Under the pieces are notes generated by a model, which saw only the letters and a list, made by a program, of their open reading frames with translations, had not been told where the DNA came from and did no database searches. The translations under genes were made by a program, and so were the position numbers. DNA of 64,000 nucleotides from the IMG/VR virus record IMGVR_UViG_3300028920_000022, positions 186,001 through 250,000 of that record; one strand, written 5' to 3'. Positions 18,520 to 27,782 of the stretch are shown here, one piece after another (the first letter of the stretch is position 1; each line of letters begins with the position of its first letter).

Positions 18520-19746
18520 ATGTCTGAAATGCAAATTGAAACTGAAGAACTTGAGTTTTGTAAAATTAAAGTTAACTATACCGCAGACACGGATGTGGTT
18601 ATTGGTAAACAGCAGGAGGCAGTAAAGCAGCTGCGAAAATTGCCGGTTCCTGGTTTTAGACCGGGAAAGGCTACCGATACTGCGATTAAAATTCGTTATA
18701 AGGATAAGATTAAGGACTGGGTTTCTAAGGAAATGTTGCAGCAGGCAAATGATGATATCTTATTCGAAACTAAAATGCGCCCAATAGGCGATCATCAAGT
18801 TCAAGATCTAAAATTGAAAGATAATGAGTTTAGTTGTGAGCTGGTTTATTTAAAGAAACCTGATTTTGAACTAGGTAAATATCAAGAGCTTGAGATTCCT
18901 GAGCCGCATTTAGAAACCACCGTTGACGATTTACGCGAACAAATGTTGCAAAAACTTCGTGAACAACACGGTTCGTTGCGCCCGTATGAGGAAAATGATT
19001 TTGTTCAGGCGGGAGATGCTATAACTTTAGATTATGCAATATATGAAAATGATGCGAGCGGTAAAGTTTTGAAAGAAGAAACTGGGGCTGTGTATAATGT
19101 TGGCAGCAATGCTTTGCCAGGTGGTTTCGATGATAATCTCGTAGGAATGACCGCAGGTGAGAAAAGGGAATTTCCGTTGATGGGAAATGCGTTTGCTGTA
19201 GTAACCATGCATGCCGGATCTAAAAAGGAACCGTGCCCGCTAGATGATGAATTAGCTAAGAAACTTGGGGTGGAAAGTTTTGAAAAGGTTCGTTCAGAGG
19301 TTAATGCATCTGCCGAAAGACAGTTAAAAGGTCAGCGAGACCAGATGATTAGTGTGCAAATAAAGAATCAGCTAGTTAACAGTCATGATTTTGAAGTCCC
19401 ACCATGGTTATTAAGCATGGAAGCCCAGCAAATAGCTATGCAGGAAGGTGTAAAGTGGGAAGGTTTGGAAGAAGAAGCAAAAGAAAAGTTTCTTAAAAGG
19501 GCAAAAGATCAGATTAAATTTACACTAATAATGGATTCTATTACGTTGGCAGAACCTGAAATTCAGTTATCCGATGAGGAAGCTATACAATTGGTAGATA
19601 AGCGGCTTCAGATGATGGGCGTTCCTAATACACGCCAATTCATTGTCGAGTCGTCTCAGAATGGACGACTAGCTTCTTTAGTGGCTAATTTACGTAATGA
19701 TTATGCTATGCAGTGGCTAGTAGATCATGCAAAAATTGTGGAATAA
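18520..19746 (+). CDS. tig: trigger factor (three-domain, diverged FKBP domain)
   Basis: VPGFRPGKA ribosome-binding loop, YLKKPDFELGKYQELEI, AGDAITLDY, GFDDNLVGMTAGEKREF, LDDELAK, FEVPPWLL, C-terminal helical domain. Confidence 0.88.
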   Translation: MSEMQIETEELEFCKIKVNYTADTDVVIGKQQEAVKQLRKLPVPGFRPGKATDTAIKIRYKDKIKDWVSKEMLQQANDDILFETKMRPIGDHQVQDLKLKDNEFSCELVYLKKPDFELGKYQELEIPEPHLETTVDDLREQMLQKLREQHGSLRPYEENDFVQAGDAITLDYAIYENDASGKVLKEETGAVYNVGSNALPGGFDDNLVGMTAGEKREFPLMGNAFAVVTMHAGSKKEPCPLDDELAKKLGVESFEKVRSEVNASAERQLKGQRDQMISVQIKNQLVNSHDFEVPPWLLSMEAQQIAMQEGVKWEGLEEEAKEKFLKRAKDQIKFTLIMDSITLAEPEIQLSDEEAIQLVDKRLQMMGVPNTRQFIVESSQNGRLASLVANLRNDYAMQWLVDHAKIVE

Positions 19747-19749
19747 GAT

Positions 19750-20250
19750 ATGAAAAGAGTTTATCTTTCAGGTCCGATAACAGGGTGCAGCTATAACGGC
19801 TGTACCGACTGGAGAAAACGGTTTGCTCAATTGATAGAAAAAGATATAGTGCCGCTTTCTCCTATGCGTGGAAAAGAGTATTTGGTTACTGAAAACAACA
19901 TTAAAGATGCGTATAAATCTGAGCAATGTGTAACCAATTCTCCTACCGCCTTGGCTCTATCTTGTCCAGCAGGAATTACCGCCAAAGATCGTAATGACGT
20001 ATTCACTTGCGATGCGATGGTGGTGTATCTACTGGGAGCGCCAAAAGTTTCTATTGGTACAGTGGTGGAGTTTGGCTGGGCGGATGCCTACAGGAAGCCT
20101 ATCATTTCCATTATTGAGTCGGACGGCTCCAATGTACATGAACATTCTATAGTGAATACTGTGACAGGATTTCGTGTGCCTACGCTAGAGGACGCCGCTC
20201 ATATTGTTAATGTATTGCTGTCTAACCAATACGCATTAAAACAACAATGA
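19750..20250 (+). CDS. nucleoside 2-deoxyribosyltransferase / NMP-hydrolase-like protein
   Basis: VYLSGPI, KDRNDVFTCDAMVV, SIGTVVEFGWA, KPII. Confidence 0.75.
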   Translation: MKRVYLSGPITGCSYNGCTDWRKRFAQLIEKDIVPLSPMRGKEYLVTENNIKDAYKSEQCVTNSPTALALSCPAGITAKDRNDVFTCDAMVVYLLGAPKVSIGTVVEFGWADAYRKPIISIIESDGSNVHEHSIVNTVTGFRVPTLEDAAHIVNVLLSNQYALKQQ

Positions 20251-20393
20251 TTGTATATGATAGCTTCGATAATCAATGGTTTTGGTGGTCGTGGCGTTTG
20301 GGATTTTTTGGACCATACGAAACTAAAAACCAGGCTTCTACAAGTGGTTTTACTTTTTGGTTTCCAAAAAAGAGTGTAATAATTTGTGCCTAA
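20247..20393 (+). CDS. small Trp-rich protein (48 aa), paralog 1
   Basis: Manual translation: MIVYDSFDNQWFWWSWRLGFFGPYETKNQA...VIICA*; ATGA overlap with the upstream stop. Confidence 0.5.
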   Translation: MIVYDSFDNQWFWWSWRLGFFGPYETKNQASTSGFTFWFPKKSVIICA

Positions 20394-20394
20394 A

Positions 20395-20526
20395 ATGAAT
20401 GTAGTACATTTGCATGACGGTTGGTATTGGTGTGATCCGTATTGGGGCACATTTGGACCGTTTCAAACTAGGAGAGTTGCTGAGTCATTGCCTGTTATTT
20501 TGAATAGAGTTTTGATTTGTGCCTAA
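20395..20526 (+). CDS. small Trp-rich protein (43 aa), paralog 2
   Basis: Manual translation: MNVVHLHDGWYWCDPYWGTFGPFQTRRVA...VLICA*. Confidence 0.5.
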   Translation: MNVVHLHDGWYWCDPYWGTFGPFQTRRVAESLPVILNRVLICA

Positions 20527-20541
20527 AAAGGAAGTAAGAAA

Positions 20542-20862
20542 ATGTCAGATTACGGAAATTTCCCAAAGAAGTGGGTTAAAATATTAGAAACATATGTTGA
20601 TGATTCTTTCAAATCTCAAGCAGAGTCCTCTTCTACAGAGGAGTTGAGCAAGATTATTGTGGATTGTGCGAAAACAATCACCAACACAGAAAAAGATATG
20701 GCAGCAGATGAGCACCTTAAGAATCTTAAAGAAGAACTTAAAGATGCCTCCTCTGTATATACAGGTATTATAAAAGGAAACGAAGCAAAGAAACGTTATT
20801 GCGTATATTTGTTAGAAAGTCACGGCTCTGAGGTGAGTGACGACGACGAAGAAGGAGAATAA
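20542..20862 (+). CDS. hypothetical coiled-coil protein
   Basis: AAGGA SD plus ATG. Confidence 0.65.
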   Translation: MSDYGNFPKKWVKILETYVDDSFKSQAESSSTEELSKIIVDCAKTITNTEKDMAADEHLKNLKEELKDASSVYTGIIKGNEAKKRYCVYLLESHGSEVSDDDEEGE

Positions 20863-21144
20863 TTGCCAGAATTTCGTGTAGTAAAGTCGTGTTGTAATTC
20901 AACTTCTTGGCTTTTTATTATTGATAAACCGATTAGCCGCTCTCATATTTCTATATTTGAGAAGTCTGGCTATACTTTTCCAGCCCAGTTTATCAAATCT
21001 GGGCTTTTTTATGCCAAAAAGGATTCGTTTATTGCCACAACTTCCTTCGGTTTGGCTAAAATTAATGCTAGATGTGGTGGAGCCAATTGTGAACAAATTC
21101 GAGATGAGTTTATGCAGCTGTTAACTGCTGTCGAGGCTCAGTAA
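20863..21144 (+). CDS. hypothetical protein
   Basis: TTG after GGAG, abutting the upstream stop. Confidence 0.5.
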   Translation: MPEFRVVKSCCNSTSWLFIIDKPISRSHISIFEKSGYTFPAQFIKSGLFYAKKDSFIATTSFGLAKINARCGGANCEQIRDEFMQLLTAVEAQ

Positions 21145-21163
21145 TTTTAGCAATTAATCACAC

Positions 21164-23830
21164 ATGGACTATGTAAGCCTTCATAATCATACCACATTTT
21201 CGATTATGGATAGCTTGATTAAGCCTTCAGAGCTTTTCAAGCGTGCGAAAGAGTTAGGACAACCCGCAATTGCCGTAACCGATCATGGTACGTGTGCAGG
21301 TTTGTGGGATTGTCTAAAGCTATCTCGCAGTACCGGTGTAAAACTGATCGCCGGGTGTGAGATGTATTTTGTAGATGATGTAAAAGATACTGATGCCAGA
21401 TTACGACATATTGTACTTTTAGCCAAGAACGCAGAGGGTTATAAGAATTTATTAACCTTGGTTAAAGCAGGTTTCGATAATAACATCATAGCAATGCAAA
21501 AAGTTTTTCCCCGCGTTGATTGGGAAATATTGGAAAAATATAGCTCAGGTTTAATTTGTACTACTGCGTGTGGAAATGGGATTATTTCACAGCTTTTAAA
21601 TGACAAAAAGTTTGATGAAGCCAAGGCACAAGCCAAACGATTGGTAGATATTTTTGGAGACGATTTAGCTATTGAGCTTCAGCCACACGCAATGCGTCGC
21701 AAGGCTAACTTATATGGCAACGAAATAGATCAGACATTTACAAATCGTCAATTAAAGAAATTAGCAGACGAGTTAGGGATCAAATGTATTGTTGCCACAG
21801 ATGCGCATTATGTCAGACCAGAGCAACACAAGGCTCACGATGTAATGTTGGCGATTGGGTCTAGGCAGCCTATTTCTTCTGGTGCCAGGCTTAAGTATAA
21901 CGTTCCAGATTTCTATATAAAGTCTGACGAAGAGATTCTGAGTAAGCTAAAGCGAGCTTTTGGTGAGGAGTTTGCCAAGGAGTGTATAGAAAATACCATT
22001 TATTTTTCTGATAAGTGTGAGTTTCCTGATTGGATTGATCCAAAATATTCCAACCCCAGCGGTAAGGAGTTGCCCGAATTCCCTGTAAAGGATCAAAAAG
22101 ATTATGGCGAATTTAAAGAGTGGTTGGAAAAGAATCCATTGGACGGTTTGGAAGAAGATAAGGCGTATTTGCGTTATAGGTGTGACAAAGCTGTAAATGA
22201 AAGGGTGCCTGCAGAGAAACAAGCGATTTATCGTGAAAGGTTAGAAACAGAATTTGAAGTAATAGAGTACCAGGGCTTTTCTTCATACATGCTCATTGTT
22301 TCTGATTATTTAGAGTTTTGTAGAAATAATAATATTAGGCTCGGTCCCGGTCGCGGTTCTTGTGGTGGCTGCATGATTGCGTATTTAATAGATATACACG
22401 TAGCTGATCCTTTAAAATATGGACTTATTTTTGAGAGGTTTCATAATAAAGAGAAGTCGGCGCCTGATATAGACTCAGACGTATGTCCGTCACAAAGACC
22501 AATGTTGCATGAGTACATTCGTAATAAATACGGAGAGGATCATGTAGCGCACGTCTCTAATGTAAACACATTAACGCCTAAACCGTATGTTAAAGCTATA
22601 GCGCGCACTTTTGAATATGGCGGAGATCGCAAAACAGCTGTTGCTATTGGTGCCGCCATAGCTGACGCTATACCTGCCGATATAAAAACTATAAAGTCTG
22701 CTTTGGAAAAAGCCCCATTGTTTGCCGAATATGCGAAACGATATCCTGAATTGGTAGAATTTGGTGATGATATTTGTGGCAAAGCTGTAGCTTGGTCTAC
22801 CCACGCTGGTGGTTTAGTTATTTGTGCCCGATCTTTGGTGGGACTTATTCCACTACGACGAGACAAGGAAGGGTCTGTTTCTATTGAGTATGAAAAAGAG
22901 CGTGCTGAGGAAAATGGTTTGTTAAAGATGGACACTTTGGCAATTGAAACATTGCACGATATTGATAACACATATGCTCTAATTAAAAAGGCGGGCAAAG
23001 AGTTGCCACCAGATCCACCAAATTATGATGAATGTGATGTTGCCACATATGATATGATTAGTAATGGTGACACTTTTGGTGTATTTCAGCTAGGAACCAG
23101 TGGTGGTACTATAGATTTGTGTAGAAAAGTTAAGCCTAAGAATCTTGATGATCTGGCGGTAATTAATAGTTTAGCTAGACCTTCCGCTAGGGACATTCGA
23201 AAAGATTATATACAAACCAAGAATGGCGATAAGCCGGTCGAAATAATCCACCCATCTTTGGAGCGCGCATTTAGACCAACATTGGGTTTTGGTTTATATG
23301 AGGAATGTTTAATGTTCTTGGCTCAAGACGTTGCCGGTTGGTCAATGTTGGAAGCGGATCGTTTGCGTAAGTTAACCAAAGCTAAAGGTAAATATCCAGA
23401 GAAGGTAAAGAAGTGGGAAGAAGATTTTATTCAGGGATCTATAGATAGCGGAGTTGGTAAAAAATTTGGCAAAAAGATTTGGAGTGAGGTGATAGAAAAG
23501 TTCGGTGGCTATGGGTTCAATCGGAGTTTGTACTTTTTGGAAACTGTTGATATATTCTCTAGTGCTGGGAAGTATCTTTATAAAAAACCAATACAGGATA
23601 TTCAACCTGGAGAATTCGTCCGATCAAGGGATGAAGAAACTGGTGAGGACATTTACATCGAAGTAATTGGAAATTATGATCACGGTAAATTAGAAGTTGT
23701 AGAAGTAGAATTAAACACCGGAGAAAAGGTTAAATGTACGCTGGATCATAAGTTTAGGGTACAGGAAACTGGCGAGATGCTTCCATTATGGAAAATTTTA
23801 GAAGATGGATTATCAATAGTGGTAGGATAA
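21164..23830 (+). CDS. dnaE: DNA polymerase III alpha (DnaE), N-terminal fragment fused to the N-intein
   Basis: PHP motifs HNH/TDH/GCE/DAH; GPGRGSCGG, PDIDSD, STHAGG, KMDTL, EKFGGYGFNR; then intein sequence to the stop. Confidence 0.95.
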   Translation: MDYVSLHNHTTFSIMDSLIKPSELFKRAKELGQPAIAVTDHGTCAGLWDCLKLSRSTGVKLIAGCEMYFVDDVKDTDARLRHIVLLAKNAEGYKNLLTLVKAGFDNNIIAMQKVFPRVDWEILEKYSSGLICTTACGNGIISQLLNDKKFDEAKAQAKRLVDIFGDDLAIELQPHAMRRKANLYGNEIDQTFTNRQLKKLADELGIKCIVATDAHYVRPEQHKAHDVMLAIGSRQPISSGARLKYNVPDFYIKSDEEILSKLKRAFGEEFAKECIENTIYFSDKCEFPDWIDPKYSNPSGKELPEFPVKDQKDYGEFKEWLEKNPLDGLEEDKAYLRYRCDKAVNERVPAEKQAIYRERLETEFEVIEYQGFSSYMLIVSDYLEFCRNNNIRLGPGRGSCGGCMIAYLIDIHVADPLKYGLIFERFHNKEKSAPDIDSDVCPSQRPMLHEYIRNKYGEDHVAHVSNVNTLTPKPYVKAIARTFEYGGDRKTAVAIGAAIADAIPADIKTIKSALEKAPLFAEYAKRYPELVEFGDDICGKAVAWSTHAGGLVICARSLVGLIPLRRDKEGSVSIEYEKERAEENGLLKMDTLAIETLHDIDNTYALIKKAGKELPPDPPNYDECDVATYDMISNGDTFGVFQLGTSGGTIDLCRKVKPKNLDDLAVINSLARPSARDIRKDYIQTKNGDKPVEIIHPSLERAFRPTLGFGLYEECLMFLAQDVAGWSMLEADRLRKLTKAKGKYPEKVKKWEEDFIQGSIDSGVGKKFGKKIWSEVIEKFGGYGFNRSLYFLETVDIFSSAGKYLYKKPIQDIQPGEFVRSRDEETGEDIYIEVIGNYDHGKLEVVEVELNTGEKVKCTLDHKFRVQETGEMLPLWKILEDGLSIVVG
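23525..23830 (+). mobile_element. split intein N-half (101 aa, Ser1)
   Basis: Starts SLYFLETVDI (block A-like) directly after GYGFNR; KPIQDIQPGEFV; block B VKCTLDHKF (TxxH); acidic. Confidence 0.88.
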
Positions 23831-23831
23831 T

Positions 23832-25031
23832 ATGGCAGGATATACTCTAGAACAATATTTAGAAAGAATACCTGAAAAATACAGGAACAAAGTTAAATTA
23901 ATAAATAAATTTCAAGGTAAGAGAACAAAAGTATTATTTACAAATGAAGTATGTGGGTGTGAAAGAGAGTATTTTTTGGGCGTGTTGGTGTTGCGTAAGA
24001 CGTTTGATGTATGTAAACATTGCAGATCACAATATGTAAGTAAAAAATATTTTTGTAAAAGGTGTGGCAAAGGGTTTATTACTGAGGAGTGGTTTCTACA
24101 ACATGATAAGAAATGTCTTGCTAAATTTAAAAATTTAATTGAGGGCGAAGATTATGTTACCTGTTACATTTGTGGTTTTCAGGCTTTAAGTCTAGGTTTG
24201 CATCTTCGTGTAAAACATGGGATTGATCCCGAGGAATATAAAAAAGATCATCAGATAATTTGTAGGAAATCTTCCGATATCTATGCTAAACAGAACTTAG
24301 AGAACTCAGAAGTTTTTCGTAGTTGGATAAAAGAAAGAGGACCTGAAGCCCAAGAATATTTAAATAAAAGGGGAAAAGAACTTAGTAAATCGATCATGTC
24401 TAACCCCGAGGAGCGAAAACGTCGTTCCAAAGCCATGGCTATACTGGATCGAACTGAGTATATGAGAAAAAAGGCATCAGAAACTGCTATTAAAACTTCG
24501 GCACGTAAGGACATACAGGAGAAGCGGGCTGCACAATTGAAACGATGGAGAGATAATAATCCTGAGATTTTTTATGAAAAATGTGTTAGTAAAATGCTAA
24601 ATACTTGGCATAGTAAGCCTGAAACTATACTATTTGAAGCGGTTTTAAATTACAATGATTATGTATTTAAGCGTAATCAAATAGTTAAATCTGAAATATT
24701 TCCAACTAAATCTAAACGAAAACAAATAGACATTGGAGACAAATCAAAAAGAGTATATATTGAATTTGATGGACAATTACATTTTAAAGAAACACAATTA
24801 AAACAGCTTGAACGTGTTCAATTAAAAGATGGCTTACTGGATAAACATATTATTAAACATGGTTGGACATTAATACGTGTTTCTTATGATCAATTTTCGT
24901 ATCGTAAACGAGATTTTGGGTTTAAAAAAGAATGTTTGGAAAAAGTATTCGAGATTTTAGATAATCCAACCCCGGGAGTACACACTATCGGGGAGGCGTA
25001 TGACGCTAAAAAAGAGACAAACAATGACTAA
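23832..25031 (+). mobile_element. free-standing Vsr/DUF559-like homing endonuclease with several Zn fingers, inserted between the dnaE halves
   Basis: CKHC, CKRC...HDKKC and CYIC...HLRVKH fingers, basic helical repeats, C-terminal SKPE...QIDI...IEFDGQLH...KD...GWTLIRV. Confidence 0.75.
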
Positions 25032-25134
25032 CATTAAATCTGTTCGTTCCATTGGTAAGGTTCAAACATATGATTTGGAGGTTGATCATCCGGATCATCA
25101 ATACTATTTGTCTAGTGGCATGCTCACCAGCAAC
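25024..25134 (+). mobile_element. split intein C-half (37 aa, ends Ser-Asn; +1 residue is Ser)
   Basis: MTNIKSVRSIGKVQTYDLEVDHPDHQYYLSSGMLTSN|S: block F TYDLEV and block G terminal Asn. Confidence 0.9.
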
Positions 25135-26322
25135 AGTCACGCCACTTTCTACTCTATGGTTGGATATCATACCGCTTATCTCAAAGCCCATTATCCGTTG
25201 GAATTTTTGGTTGCTATTTTAATGAATAAAGTCAATTCTAACTCACCATCCGCAAAAGATAGCATAGCCAAAATTAAAGAAGAAATAAGAGCACTAAATG
25301 TTAATATTCTACCGCCAAACATAAACACATCAGAATTAACCTATTCAATTATTGATGATAAAACTTTGCTTACAGGCTTTGATGCTCTTAAAGATATGGG
25401 TAAGAACGCTATCCCCGAGATCTTAGCTAAACGTCCGTTTGATAGCTTTGAAGATTTCTTGCTCAAAACTGATGGTCAGAAAGTTACCGCCCCTGCCATC
25501 AAAGCCCTCGCCGCTAGTGGTAGCCTGGATTCATTCGGTTTAACTAGAAAACAAATGTATTTGTATGCTTCTGATATAAAAAAGAAAATACAAGTTCATT
25601 TAAAGAATAAAAGAGAAGGTGAGTTTAAATATCCTTGGCCGGCAGATATAGAGGAATGGACAATTCCTGAATTATACGCCATGGAACGTGAATATTTGGG
25701 AGAAGGTATCAGCGGAGATAGATTCCAAGTATATGGCGGATTTTTTACCAAGAAAGCTCCCAGTTTCAAAAAACTTCCTAAACTGCACCCTCCTCCACCA
25801 GATGATATGACGGAAAAAGAACAACGTAAATATACCAAACATATTACAATGTTGCAGGCGGAAGTAAAGAGTTTCTTTGAATTTAAGGTAAAAAAAGAAG
25901 ATAGTAAGATATTTGGCGAAGTAATGGCTAAAGTTGCCCTTTGTGATCCTTGGGGCAACCAAATGACTATGACTTGTTTCCCCGAGGGTTGGTTACATTT
26001 ACAAAACCGTGTTTCGGAACTATTGAATAATAAACACAAATTCGATACAGGGCTTGGTTTGTATATAAATGGCGAACTAAATTGGTACGATGGTGATATA
26101 TCATTAATATTTGGGGACGTAGCTCGTTGTTGTCCTGCTCCTCAGATGCCATCCGATAGAGATAATAAGAAGGTTACTATTCGTAGGTCCAAGAAGAAAA
26201 ACCCCAAACAAGAAGAGCCAGAGAGAGACATTCTATTGGAAGAAATAGAAGATGATTTGGTAGATCGTGGTTATTCCGATTTGGATGATGAAGATGACGA
26301 TGTACAGGACGGTTTTGTTTAA
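25024..26322 (+). CDS. dnaE: DnaE C-terminal fragment preceded by the C-intein (alternative start 25000)
   Basis: After the intein: SHATFYSMVGYHTAYLKAHYPLEF, ILPPNINTS, HhH GFDALKDMG, EREYLGEGISG, OB-fold region. Confidence 0.92.
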   Translation: MTNIKSVRSIGKVQTYDLEVDHPDHQYYLSSGMLTSNSHATFYSMVGYHTAYLKAHYPLEFLVAILMNKVNSNSPSAKDSIAKIKEEIRALNVNILPPNINTSELTYSIIDDKTLLTGFDALKDMGKNAIPEILAKRPFDSFEDFLLKTDGQKVTAPAIKALAASGSLDSFGLTRKQMYLYASDIKKKIQVHLKNKREGEFKYPWPADIEEWTIPELYAMEREYLGEGISGDRFQVYGGFFTKKAPSFKKLPKLHPPPPDDMTEKEQRKYTKHITMLQAEVKSFFEFKVKKEDSKIFGEVMAKVALCDPWGNQMTMTCFPEGWLHLQNRVSELLNNKHKFDTGLGLYINGELNWYDGDISLIFGDVARCCPAPQMPSDRDNKKVTIRRSKKKNPKQEEPERDILLEEIEDDLVDRGYSDLDDEDDDVQDGFV

Positions 26323-26334
26323 AAAGGTTTTATA

Positions 26335-26991
26335 ATGCGATGTGTTAAATGTCAAACAGAAATACCTCCCGAATGGAAAGCGGCAATTAAAAGCAATATT
26401 TGCCCGGCTTGCGGTGGGGAATTAATGAACGATTCCATGCAGGAACTTTTGCGGGAATTAAGTAAAGCACTTGAAGCTATGCCAAACGATCCCGAAGGAA
26501 TTGCCGGATGGTTATTATCTAATTATGAGCTTAGAAAAATAGGTACCGGAGAACCAGTTAATGAGTTTTATGGATCTCAGCGAAAAGTACCACAAGGTAA
26601 AGATTTAGTAGTTAATGAGAATAGAATTCAGCAGTTTCTTAAACAAGCAGGAGTAAAACCCAAGAAAACGCAGGCAGATTATGCAAGTTTAGCTCAACAA
26701 ATTCGAGACGGTGGCACTGATTATGGTGAGGCTTTTTCAGATCCGTCGCCTGAACAGCCAGAAGAGTTTGTAGAGGAAGCTCGCGATCCCGAATATACAC
26801 AACAAGTATTGTCTGCTATGACCACAGGCGCGCCCACAAAAACCAGCATGGGAGCAGCACAGCCATCTTCTGATTTAGATAATGATATGTCAGGTTTGCA
26901 TCCTGCTTTGCGACAAGACCGTATACACCGTCTTCGCCAACAATTAGAAGTCGGTTCCGGCGGCAAAGCGGGTGTTATTCGTAGAAAGTAA
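26335..26991 (+). CDS. Zn-ribbon hypothetical protein
   Basis: MRCVKC...CPACG at the N-terminus. Confidence 0.65.
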   Translation: MRCVKCQTEIPPEWKAAIKSNICPACGGELMNDSMQELLRELSKALEAMPNDPEGIAGWLLSNYELRKIGTGEPVNEFYGSQRKVPQGKDLVVNENRIQQFLKQAGVKPKKTQADYASLAQQIRDGGTDYGEAFSDPSPEQPEEFVEEARDPEYTQQVLSAMTTGAPTKTSMGAAQPSSDLDNDMSGLHPALRQDRIHRLRQQLEVGSGGKAGVIRRK

Positions 26992-26995
26992 GAAT

Positions 26996-27331
26996 ATGGC
27001 ATTGCGTATTATTGCCAACCGGCGAATAGAATTAACCGACGATGAGTGGAAATATTATCAGGAAATTTGTAAGCATTATACTGGAGGAAAAGAATTATTT
27101 AATGATTTATTTGAAAGCGACGAAAGTGGTTTAATAAGATTTTTGCGACCTCCTGTGGGTAAATTTACCTGGGAGATAGTTTTATTTCTACAGAATATTA
27201 TGGTGCACCAATATGTTAGGAAGATGTATCGTGAGCACCAAGAGGTATTAAAAGAGCTTAAGGAAGAATTAGATAAAATTCGTTCTAAGGTCGAGCCTAA
27301 GCAGAAAAAGCAGTCAAAAAAGAATGACTGA
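26996..27331 (+). CDS. hypothetical protein
   Basis: ATG at 26996 (MALRII). Confidence 0.6.
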   Translation: MALRIIANRRIELTDDEWKYYQEICKHYTGGKELFNDLFESDESGLIRFLRPPVGKFTWEIVLFLQNIMVHQYVRKMYREHQEVLKELKEELDKIRSKVEPKQKKQSKKND

Positions 27332-27782
27332 AGTAGAGTGGACTGAAGAGGCAGCTCCTGAAGAAACCCGTGAGGAACGGGTGGTTATTCTTATTTCTTC
27401 TATTGCTGAGGAAATTACCATTGCTCACAAAAAGAAGTATGATCAGGAAACTGCAGAACAAACCGCAGCGTTATGTTTGGATGCCCAACGTGAGTTGGCT
27501 GAATTTTTATCAGAAGCTGAGTTTTTATCAAAAGAAAGCAAAGCTGACGTCGAGAGATTAGAATCTGAGCAATACTTTTATTACAAAGGAAAAGCTGTAG
27601 GAAAGACTTCTGATGCAGCGTTAAAACAGGAAGTAGCCCGAGATAAAGAAGTTGTAAAGGCGAAGAAGAAACAGTTCCGGGCGGAAGCCGATTATAATAA
27701 ATGGCGAAATTTGTTCGGATTTTTGAAAGATGCCCATTATTACTTCAGAGGTGTGGCTAAAGGTAAAGATGAATGGAGCTGA
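27324..27782 (+). CDS. helical protein, possibly a UvsY-like recombination mediator
   Basis: All-helical composition and position directly upstream of the RecA-like gene; the assignment is inference. Confidence 0.35.
   Translation: MTEVEWTEEAAPEETREERVVILISSIAEEITIAHKKKYDQETAEQTAALCLDAQRELAEFLSEAEFLSKESKADVERLESEQYFYYKGKAVGKTSDAALKQEVARDKEVVKAKKKQFRAEADYNKWRNLFGFLKDAHYYFRGVAKGKDEWS

Noticed and set aside
6709-19746. Bacterial chromosome origin suggested by infC, rplL, tig and def
   Set aside because: None of these genes has its conserved operon neighbours, and the same strand carries terminase, portal, gp32-like SSB and dozens of small phage-type ORFs.
23525-25031. dnaE as a pseudogene or interrupted by a group I intron
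   Set aside because: The halves carry complementary intein blocks and the exteins join exactly. No intron-like non-coding flanks exist; the gaps are 1 nt or overlapping.
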